Below are positions 24,108 through 30,702 of a stretch of DNA of 32,048 nt, in pieces. Both the position numbers and the translations under genes were made by a program. Each line of letters opens with the position of its first letter. Position 1 is the first letter of the stretch. The notes below the pieces were generated by a model that was not told the DNA's origin, did no database searches, and was given only the letters and a program-made list of their open reading frames with translations. This DNA is from Minisyncoccota bacterium (GTDB lineage: Bacteria > Patescibacteriota > Minisyncoccia > Phycocordibacterales > Phycocordibacteraceae): contig JALHOO010000003.1 in assembly GCA_022842945.1 (NCBI GenBank), positions 80,458 through 112,505 of the forward strand, read 5' to 3'.

Positions 24108-24485
24108 ATGAGCTTTGAACAACCCGGAGGTTTTGGACCGAAAGCGATTGACACCGTGCCAGACAAGGAGAAGCCGACACTTAACGCTGAAGGGTACTCA
24201 AAGCCCCCGCTCCTTGAGATCGTTAACACTACGTTTACTCCTGAAGAGAAGAAGCATCTCTGGGAAGTGTCTTCTGCAACCTCTATTCCAGCACTCAGGG
24301 AAGCCATTGAGAACTTTAATGCAGCGTCTAGTCCTAAGCTCGCTTCAGAGTATGGCGTAACACTGGATGTTATGGAGATAGTTGATCAAACGATTAACAC
24401 ACAGGAGATAGAAGGTTTTGAAGGCTCACAGGTTGTTCTCAATAGGACTATGCAGGGTGTCGCACGAATGGAGATACGGCCGTAG
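24108..24485 (+). CDS. hypothetical protein (125 aa)
   Basis: ORF packed directly after gyrA and followed by the terminator at 24518-24540. No recognisable motif. Confidence 0.45.
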   Translation: MSFEQPGGFGPKAIDTVPDKEKPTLNAEGYSKPPLLEIVNTTFTPEEKKHLWEVSSATSIPALREAIENFNAASSPKLASEYGVTLDVMEIVDQTINTQEIEGFEGSQVVLNRTMQGVARMEIRP

Positions 24486-24517
24486 TTTTTTAGGACGTCC
24501 GCTATAGTTTGTTGATT

Positions 24518-24540
24518 GCGAGACGCTAACCGCGTCTCGC
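24518..24540 (+). terminator. stem-loop ending the gyrA operon
   Basis: gcgagacgc / gcgtctcgc 9-bp stem with a 5-nt loop. Confidence 0.55.
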
Positions 24541-24541
24541 T

Positions 24542-24550
24542 TGCTATACT
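24542..24550 (+). promoter_or_regulatory. extended -10 TGCTATACT, 6 nt upstream of the methyltransferase ATG (leaderless-type)
   Basis: Plus strand reads cTTGCTATACT, tcctac, ATG. Confidence 0.5.
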
Positions 24551-24556
24551 TCCTAC

Positions 24557-25087
24557 ATGAACTTTAGCAACCCGCAGAACAACGTGCTCCAGCTCGGTCT
24601 TCGAGATGGAATGAAAGTGGCAGATCTGGGTGTAGGTTCCGGACACTATGCGGCAAGTGCCGGCGCTATTGTGGGACCTGAGGGCCGAGTGTATGCCGTT
24701 GATATCCAGGAAGACATTCTGAAGCATGTGAAGGACCATGCCGAGAGCAGAGGTCTACGAAACGTTGAGACGGTGTGGGGGAACTTCGAGAAACTTGGGG
24801 GCACCAAACTGCGTGACGCGTCTGTAGATGCGGTTATTCTTTCAAACACACTCTTCCAGCTTGATCATAGAGATGGGGCAGTTGCAGAGATAAAGCGCAT
24901 CCTAAAGTCTGGAGGAAGGCTGCTTGTTGTGGACTGGGCGGGTGCGTACGGTGGCATGGGGCCACTTCCACATCAGGTGGTGTCCGAGCATGTGGCTGAA
25001 GAACTATTCATCACCGCAGGCTTTCATAAAGTGAAAGACTTCCGTGCAGGGCCTCATCATTACTCCATTGTATTTACCGCGCCTTAA
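24557..25087 (+). CDS. class I SAM-dependent methyltransferase
   Basis: Motif I VADLGVGSGHYA, post-I YAVDI, GGRLLVVDW. Confidence 0.75.
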   Translation: MNFSNPQNNVLQLGLRDGMKVADLGVGSGHYAASAGAIVGPEGRVYAVDIQEDILKHVKDHAESRGLRNVETVWGNFEKLGGTKLRDASVDAVILSNTLFQLDHRDGAVAEIKRILKSGGRLLVVDWAGAYGGMGPLPHQVVSEHVAEELFITAGFHKVKDFRAGPHHYSIVFTAP

Positions 25088-25096
25088 CTCTTTCGT

Positions 25097-26401
25097 ATGA
25101 CGAATCTCAAACCGTTCCAGGTGATAATCATGGGGATTTTCGGCTTCATCGCTGTCCTTGGTCTTGTACTGTTCGCAAACTTCCAGGGATTCTCAAGTGG
25201 CGGACCACAGGTAGGCAAGGTGCTCATCTGGGGAACGCTGCCATCATCTGATTTCAATAGTGCCTTAAGTACGTTTAGAGAGGCACATACCGAGTATGCA
25301 AGTGTTTCGTATGTAGAGCAGCCTGCAGAGACCTTTGACCGAGACCTGGCTGAAGCTATTGCAACCGGTAGGGGTCCTGACCTTGTGGTTATTACCCAAG
25401 AGGAACTTCTCTCGGCACAAGGGAAGCTCACGCTCATCCCGTCCTCAACACTTTCTGAGCGCGACTTCCGAGATGACTATCTCCCTATTCACGAACTGTA
25501 CTTAACCTCTAACGGCACCTACGGTGTACCGTTCCTGGTTGACCCGCTCGTGCTCTTCTACAACCGTCCTATCTTGGCGTCAGCGGGTGCGCCTAGGCCT
25601 CCTGCTACCTGGGAAGCGGTTACTGGTCTTGCCTCAGCGGTGAACCGGCAGACAGACGCACAGACCGTTACCCAGAGCCTTATTGCGCTTGGTACGTATG
25701 AGAACGTAGAGAATGCGCGTGCCATCCTTTCGCTCCTCTTCCTTCAGGCAGGGTACAGCATCAGCGAGCCTGCAAGTGCGGGTATGCGCGCAACACTTTC
25801 CGACTCCAAGGAAAGTGTGTTTGGAAACTCTCCAGCCGTAAGTGCGTTGAACTTCTATACGGAGTTCGCGAATCCCGGAAAGACCGTGTACTCCTGGAAC
25901 CGCTCTCTACCCCTTAGTAGGGATGCATTCGTTGCAGGAGATCTCGCACTCTACTTAGGTTTCGCGTCCGAGCGCAACGACTTGGCACTCGCAAACCCGA
26001 ACCTCGACTTCGACATGGCGCCCGCACCGTCTCCATCCCTTACCACAACCCGCATAAGCTACGGAAACGCGTACGCGTTTGCGATACCACGCGCCTCTAA
26101 GAACAGTGACGGGGCGCTTCGTGCAGCACTCACGCTCTCTGGCAAGGACGGTTCCTACCTCTTCGCACGCGCAACCGGCATGGCTCCAGCACTTCGCTCT
26201 GAGCTCGCACCAACCAAGGACGACCTGTTCGAACCGGTGTACTACCCAGAGGCGCTTGTTGCTCGTGCCTGGCTCTCCCCAGCCATTGAAGAAACCGACC
26301 GCATCTTTGCTACCATGGTTACGAACGTGTTGAGTGGCAGGGAATCAGTGGCGAGTGCCATCTCAACGGCTACTCAGGCTCTTAATGCGGCGTTGAAATA
26401 A
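25097..26401 (+). CDS. membrane-anchored extracellular solute-binding-like protein (SBP family 1-like)
   Basis: N-terminal TM anchor. VPFLVDPLVLFYNRPIL and PPATWEAV resemble SBP_bac_1 patterns. No permease or ATPase genes are adjacent. Confidence 0.55.
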   Translation: MTNLKPFQVIIMGIFGFIAVLGLVLFANFQGFSSGGPQVGKVLIWGTLPSSDFNSALSTFREAHTEYASVSYVEQPAETFDRDLAEAIATGRGPDLVVITQEELLSAQGKLTLIPSSTLSERDFRDDYLPIHELYLTSNGTYGVPFLVDPLVLFYNRPILASAGAPRPPATWEAVTGLASAVNRQTDAQTVTQSLIALGTYENVENARAILSLLFLQAGYSISEPASAGMRATLSDSKESVFGNSPAVSALNFYTEFANPGKTVYSWNRSLPLSRDAFVAGDLALYLGFASERNDLALANPNLDFDMAPAPSPSLTTTRISYGNAYAFAIPRASKNSDGALRAALTLSGKDGSYLFARATGMAPALRSELAPTKDDLFEPVYYPEALVARAWLSPAIEETDRIFATMVTNVLSGRESVASAISTATQALNAALK

Positions 26402-26407
26402 TCTTCT

Positions 26408-26827
26408 ATGACTACTATTGCACCCCTTCTCCGAACGTACGCAGCTATGTTTGTGCTTGCCTTGCTGTCTGTGGCAAACGTTGCGAACGCACAGAACACT
26501 CCGGGAGGAGGGAATCCGGGCGGGGGAAACACGCCTGGAGGAGGAAATGCAGGAACCTCAGGAGGTCTCGTTAATCCATTGAACGGTATTAACTCTCTGC
26601 CTGAGTTTCTAAGTGCCATTCTGGCGGGTGTGGTACAGATCGGTACGATTGTCCTCATCATGATGCTCGTGTACGTGGGCTTCTTGTTTGTGGCGGCACG
26701 TGGCAACGCAGAGAAACTCCAGGGAGCAAAGAGCGCGCTCGTGTGGACGGTTATCGGTGGTCTGGTTCTCCTTGGCGCTACTTCCATCCAGCTTGTTATT
26801 CAGGGCACCGTTGATTCATTGCGCTAG
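26408..26827 (+). CDS. pilin-like two-TM secreted protein, paralog 1 (TrbC/VirB2-like topology) with a PGGGN repeat linker
   Basis: Signal peptide ..ANVANA, repeats NTPGGGNPGGGNTPGGGN, then TM, ARGNAEKLQGAKSALVW, TM. Confidence 0.6.
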   Translation: MTTIAPLLRTYAAMFVLALLSVANVANAQNTPGGGNPGGGNTPGGGNAGTSGGLVNPLNGINSLPEFLSAILAGVVQIGTIVLIMMLVYVGFLFVAARGNAEKLQGAKSALVWTVIGGLVLLGATSIQLVIQGTVDSLR

Positions 26828-26828
26828 T

Positions 26829-27125
26829 ATGCGATTTCTCCTATCAGCACTTGCGCTCCTGCTGCCTGTGCAGGCACAAGCAGCAAGTCTTAAAGAACTT
26901 ACCGAGGATCTCGTTGGGTTCGCGAACAACTCTATCGTGCCGCTCATCTACGCACTGGCGTTCCTCGTGTTCATCATTGGTATGGTCCGGTACTTTTTCC
27001 TTGAGCAAGGCGAAGAGGGACGCGAGAAAGGCAAGCAGCTCATGCTCTGGGGCATTATTGGCTTTGTGGTTATGTTCTCCGTCTGGGGCATCGTTAGGCT
27101 TCTTATGACGGCCCTTCCTGGGTAG
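26829..27125 (+). CDS. pilin-like two-TM secreted protein, paralog 2
   Basis: Start moved to the ATG at 26829 (MRFLLSALALLLPVQAQA). PLIYALAFLVFIIG..GEEGREKGKQLMLWGIIGFVVMFSVWG. Confidence 0.65.
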   Translation: MRFLLSALALLLPVQAQAASLKELTEDLVGFANNSIVPLIYALAFLVFIIGMVRYFFLEQGEEGREKGKQLMLWGIIGFVVMFSVWGIVRLLMTALPG

Positions 27126-27171
27126 TGCATAAGGGGTTGTTGCTTCCGTATATCCTGTTACGCTTCACTAT

Positions 27172-27549
27172 ATGAAAACTTTCGCTACTGTTCTGGCTCT
27201 TGGCCTGTTCGCCGTTACAAACACTGTTTATGCCCAGAATGGGGAGATTGGAGGCTCTACTCTCGGGGCATACCTTGAGAGCATTCGTGACTTCATCAAC
27301 ATCTATCTCATTCCGTTCCTGTTCGCTATCGCGTTCATCGTCTTCATTTGGGGAATATTCCAGTACTTCATTGCAGGAGGTGCGAACGAAGAACAGCGCG
27401 ACAAGGGAAAGCAGCTCGTTATGTGGGGAATCATTGGTTTCGTTATTATGGTCTCGGTCTGGGGTCTTGTTAACCTTGTTACGAACACCTTTAACTTAAA
27501 CAATGACAGTAGTGATCTGGAGCTTCCAACCTTCGATATAGCAAATTAA
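27172..27549 (+). CDS. pilin-like two-TM secreted protein, paralog 3
   Basis: Signal peptide ..NTVYAQ. PFLFAIAFIVFIWGIFQYFIAGGANEEQRDKGKQLVMWGIIGFVIMVSVWG. Confidence 0.65.
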   Translation: MKTFATVLALGLFAVTNTVYAQNGEIGGSTLGAYLESIRDFINIYLIPFLFAIAFIVFIWGIFQYFIAGGANEEQRDKGKQLVMWGIIGFVIMVSVWGLVNLVTNTFNLNNDSSDLELPTFDIAN

Positions 27550-27653
27550 CGCGGGAATTCGTTTTCCACACGTATTTCCTAGCTCTATTGACGCACTGCC
27601 ATTCCGGTCTATCCTATAGCTATACGCCATCGCGTTACCCGTAATCAAACATT

Positions 27654-28016
27654 ATGAAGAAACTAGGTTATCTCAGTGCAGCGTTCGCTCTCTCGTTCCC
27701 GCTCATGGCGGCTGCGCAGGTGAATGCAACAAACGTGCAGAACCTCGGCCAGGGTCTCATCGGTCTTATCAACAACGTTGCGGTACCGCTTCTTTTCGCT
27801 ATCGCGTTCATTGTCTTCATCTGGGGAGTATTCCAGTACTTCATTGCAGGAGGACATGACGAGGAGAAGCGCGAGACCGGAAAGAGCCTCATGCTCTGGG
27901 GAATCATCGGATTCTTCATCATGGTCTCGGTATGGGGTCTCGTGAACATCCTTCGCGGAACGTTCAACTTTGACGACAGCATCGATTACGGACAGGAGCT
28001 TCCTGAAAGGCGCTAG
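27654..28016 (+). CDS. pilin-like two-TM secreted protein, paralog 4
   Basis: Signal peptide ..LMAAAQ. PLLFAIAFIVFIWGVFQYFIAGGHDEEKRETGKSLMLWGIIGFFIMVSVWG. 56 of 59 nt identical to paralog 3 over 27795-27853 versus 27322-27380. Confidence 0.65.
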   Translation: MKKLGYLSAAFALSFPLMAAAQVNATNVQNLGQGLIGLINNVAVPLLFAIAFIVFIWGVFQYFIAGGHDEEKRETGKSLMLWGIIGFFIMVSVWGLVNILRGTFNFDDSIDYGQELPERR

Positions 28017-28036
28017 CTCAAACGCTCTCTCCACAC

Positions 28037-28064
28037 AAAAGCCCGCGCTATTGCGCGGGCTTTT
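28037..28064 (+). terminator. intrinsic terminator after paralog 4
   Basis: aaaagcccgcgc / gcgcgggctttt 12-bp stem with a 4-nt loop and a T-tract. Confidence 0.75.
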
Positions 28065-28072
28065 GCTATAGT
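28064..28072 (+). promoter_or_regulatory. extended -10 TGCTATAGT, 6 nt upstream of the paralog-5 ATG (leaderless-type)
   Basis: Plus strand reads tTTGCTATAGT, tcatgt, ATG. Confidence 0.45.
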
Positions 28073-28078
28073 TCATGT

Positions 28079-28327
28079 ATGAGCCCCTTCCAGACCTTCA
28101 TCGGCAAAGTACAGGCAGAAATTCTGACCCCCATCATCACCCTCCTTACCCTTGGAGCGTTTCTTATATTCCTCTGGGGTATTGTTGAGTTCATTGCGGG
28201 TGCTACAAACGAAGAGAAGCGTGCTGCAGGCCAGCAACATATGATCTGGGGCATCATTGGCCTCGTTATTATATTTGGTGCGAACGCTATCGTGTCTCTG
28301 CTTAAGGCAACGGTTGGAGCAACCTAG
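28079..28327 (+). CDS. pilin-like two-TM protein, paralog 5 (no signal peptide)
   Basis: PIITLLTLGAFLIFLWGIVEFIAGATNEEKRAAGQQHMIWGIIGLVIIFG is the same core as paralogs 1-4, but the protein starts directly at the pre-TM1 segment. Confidence 0.6.
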   Translation: MSPFQTFIGKVQAEILTPIITLLTLGAFLIFLWGIVEFIAGATNEEKRAAGQQHMIWGIIGLVIIFGANAIVSLLKATVGAT

Positions 28328-28347
28328 AGGTGTGTCTGTATAAAAAT

Positions 28348-28381
28348 GAGCCCGCGCTTCCAGTTAAGGAATCGCGGGCTC
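28348..28381. terminator. stem-loop between the convergent pilin array and the SPFH operon
   Basis: gagcccgcg / cgcgggctc 9-bp stem with a 16-nt loop. Confidence 0.45.
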
Positions 28382-28400
28382 GAAGTTTTGAACAAGGTGC

Positions 28401-29144
28401 TTAACCCGAATACGGTTCACGCCAGACTGCGAGGTTGAGTGCGATATTGCTCTTCGATTGGACCCGAACAGCAACGTACTTTTCGCACGCTTCCACGCTC
28501 CAGTTATGGACCACTCCTTTGCGGTCCATGCACTGATAGATGTAGCCGATCTTGGTTACATCAGACTCGGTGTCCGTACAGTCCAAATCGTCGTTCGCTT
28601 CGCAGCTTACGATCTTCTGACCCGTTGCGGCATATACCCAGTCAGACCATCCATCTCCTTGTGCAGGCGCCTCAAGAGGCGAAGGTACGTAGAGGGTGGG
28701 TGCGCTAGCTGAGGTGAACGTAGCGGACGGCATGGTGCCGGTGTTCGCGTTGATAGCGGCACGCGCCTCACGGGAAAGGCCGGGAGTTTGTCCGAACCCC
28801 ATCGAGGCCAGCCAAGGCACGACGATGAACCATACGAAGGCACCGACGACTGCCAGGGCTCCAGTCGTCTTAAGCAGGGCAAGCCAGAAGGGATCGCCAT
28901 GTCCGTGGGAGTCGTGACCCCCGCCACCCTTTGTGGGGTGATGGGGATCAGGATGTCCGGCGACCGGATGGTCGCCAGGTTTCTTCTCTTTTGTCGGAGC
29001 CTTCGGCTTCTTGTGGCCGACTCTTCGAGCGAGGATAATGCTTCCGACAATAACAGCAATTAGCCAAAGAAGTAGCCCGAAGGCGACGATGATGACAAAG
29101 CCCCACAGGATGAACCCGCCGAGCGTTTGAGCGGCTTCTTCCAA
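28401..29144 (-). CDS. membrane protein with a His-rich linker and a Cys-containing extracytoplasmic C-terminal domain (247 aa), orphan
   Basis: TTG start 6 nt after SD AGGAGAG and 11 nt after the SPFH stop. TM1, then KKPKAPTKEKKPGDHPVAGHPDPHHPTKGGGGHDSHGHGD, then TM2-3, then a domain with 4 Cys. Confidence 0.55.
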   Translation of the reverse strand: MEEAAQTLGGFILWGFVIIVAFGLLLWLIAVIVGSIILARRVGHKKPKAPTKEKKPGDHPVAGHPDPHHPTKGGGGHDSHGHGDPFWLALLKTTGALAVVGAFVWFIVVPWLASMGFGQTPGLSREARAAINANTGTMPSATFTSASAPTLYVPSPLEAPAQGDGWSDWVYAATGQKIVSCEANDDLDCTDTESDVTKIGYIYQCMDRKGVVHNWSVEACEKYVAVRVQSKSNIALNLAVWREPYSG

Positions 29145-29155
29145 CAGATTCTCTC

Positions 29156-30304
29156 CTATGGTTTAGTGCTGGCTGGTTTGCCGATAGTTCCGATAGCGTC
29201 AACAAGAGCCGATGGTACGACAAAAGTCGTTCCTTGGCCCATTGCCTCTGTAACGAGAATCTTCTCGCTCAGCGGCTGATTGGTCTCCATCGCCCGAAGA
29301 CGGGCAGTGATGGCGACGGCTTCAGCTCTTGCCTTCATTCTCGTTTCAAGCGCGGTAGCTCCAGCCCTGACAACAGTGTCATAGGCCGCAGCATTGGCGC
29401 CTGTCCTGACCGTCTCAGCATTCCGATCGGCAGTGTACGCCGCAAGACTGAGTCTCTCGTTCTCAGCGGCAGCTGCACCGCTAAGGACGATGGACTCGAG
29501 GTTCGCAGCCTTGATCGTTACGCCGATGTGGCCCTTAAGGCCCCTACGGTCTTTTTCATCGAGCCCGCATTCTTCTTCCTCAGGCAGACAGAGTGTCAGC
29601 TTTTGGATTGGAATGGAGAAGTTCTCCTTCTCGCAATTCTTCCCTTCGTCCGTTTCCGAACGAAGTTGGTCATAGGTGAAGGTGCCGATGAAGTTCCGTC
29701 CAATGCGATCTACATACGACTCGAGCTGAGTGCGCCAATCGTTTGATTCGAAGAGCGCCTTGTAGGGGTTCGTGATGCGGACGATGATGACGAATTCAGC
29801 TCGAACCGGGAGCATGTCCCGGGTCTTCGCGTCTTCGATAACCATGACATACGAGAAGTCGTTTGCGACGAATACCTCCGTCTCTTCCTCTCGATGCCAG
29901 ACATCACGCCCACCTTCAAGATTCGTCCGGTACTCGTTCCAGACGAAGTCGTACTTGTAGACTTCGCGCATGCCCGGAATCCCGACCCAGAAGAGGCCGA
30001 AGCTACGCGTGTACTGAGGCCGGGTTTCGTAGTTCTTGCCCGGCTTATTTGGAAGCACTTCCCATTCAGGCTCGTTCTCGTCGAAGTGGGGTTTACCTCG
30101 TTCGTTCAGATGGTAGCCGCGGAAGGAGAGAATCGCACGGTGAAAGGACTTGCCCTTCGCGATGATCTTTCCCTTGCCCTCAGGAACCTTCGTGTAAAGA
30201 AGGTTGGAATTCGCCGAGGTGCTCAGCAAGAACGGTGTGGCGATGTATGCACCACCGGCTGCAACAATAAGAGCGGCGGTCGCGGTCGCGGTAAGGATGC
30301 TCAT
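29156..30304 (-). CDS. SPFH/band-7 (prohibitin/flotillin-like) domain membrane protein
   Basis: N-terminal TM. VRAEFVIIVRITNPYKALF and IGVTIKAANLESIV are SPFH-like strands. Ala-rich coiled-coil tail. SD GAGGG lies 8 nt upstream. Confidence 0.55.
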   Translation of the reverse strand: MSILTATATAALIVAAGGAYIATPFLLSTSANSNLLYTKVPEGKGKIIAKGKSFHRAILSFRGYHLNERGKPHFDENEPEWEVLPNKPGKNYETRPQYTRSFGLFWVGIPGMREVYKYDFVWNEYRTNLEGGRDVWHREEETEVFVANDFSYVMVIEDAKTRDMLPVRAEFVIIVRITNPYKALFESNDWRTQLESYVDRIGRNFIGTFTYDQLRSETDEGKNCEKENFSIPIQKLTLCLPEEEECGLDEKDRRGLKGHIGVTIKAANLESIVLSGAAAAENERLSLAAYTADRNAETVRTGANAAAYDTVVRAGATALETRMKARAEAVAITARLRAMETNQPLSEKILVTEAMGQGTTFVVPSALVDAIGTIGKPASTKP

Positions 30305-30372
30305 GTTCGTACCCTCGTATTTGAGTTGTTGTGATTCAGCACCTTGTTCTCAAGGAGCCGTTGTCTGTATAT

Positions 30373-30402
30373 AGTATACCACTAAAATCGACAGAAAGTC
30401 AA
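30373..30402 (-). promoter_or_regulatory. sigma70 promoter of the SPFH operon
   Basis: TTGACT, 18 nt, then TGgTATACT on the minus strand, between tRNA-Leu and the SPFH gene. Confidence 0.55.
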
Positions 30403-30419
30403 TAGATGGCTTGATATTG

Positions 30420-30500
30420 TGCTGGAGAGAGGACTTGAACCTCCACCCCCGAAGGGACCTGCTCCTAAGGCAGGCGTGTCTACCATTTCACCACTCCAGC
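30420..30500 (-). tRNA. tRNA-Leu (anticodon TAG), type II, no encoded CCA
   Basis: Acceptor GCTGGAG/CTCCAGC, anticodon stem CCTGC/GCAGG with loop CTTAGGA, 13-nt variable arm, T arm GGAGG-TTCAAGT-CCTCT. Confidence 0.85.
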
Positions 30501-30525
30501 GCTGTCCCTATCCTACCAGGAAAAA

Positions 30526-30561
30526 GAAAAGAAGGGAGCCCCTAGGGACTCCCTTCTTTTC
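30526..30561. terminator. perfect 13-bp stem-loop between tRNA-Lys and tRNA-Leu
   Basis: gaaaagaagggag / ctcccttcttttc with a 10-nt loop. Confidence 0.6.
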
Positions 30562-30566
30562 CTCCT

Positions 30567-30642
30567 TGGTGCACCTGCCTGGGCTCGAACCAGGGACCAT
30601 CTCCTTAAGAGGGAGTTGCTCTACCAACTGAGCTACAGGTGC
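30567..30642 (-). tRNA. tRNA-Lys (anticodon CTT), CCA encoded
   Basis: Acceptor GCACCTG/CAGGTGC, D stem GCTC/GAGC, anticodon loop CTCTTAA, T arm CCTGG-TTCGAGC-CCAGG. A27-A43 mismatch. Confidence 0.85.
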
Positions 30643-30650
30643 AAAGAAAC

Positions 30651-30667
30651 GTACCCCATAGGGGTAC
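30651..30667 (-). terminator. short stem-loop between alr and tRNA-Lys
   Basis: gtacccc ata ggggtac. Confidence 0.35.
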
Positions 30668-30702
30668 CTGTTGATACTAATAGATATGTCCTTCTAATTC
30701 AA

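Noticed and set aside
26490-26560. Short tandem GGAGGAGG/GGGAA-type DNA repeats
   Set aside because: They encode the PGGGN low-complexity linker of pilin paralog 1. The spacing and length are not CRISPR-like, and the window has no CRISPR array or cas genes.
28328-28400. Search for a direct repeat of the tRNA-Leu(TAG) 3' end marking the far boundary of the SPFH islet
   Set aside because: I found only a trivial ttgaac match and nothing convincing. The accessory status of the SPFH operon therefore rests on composition, SD usage and tRNA adjacency alone.
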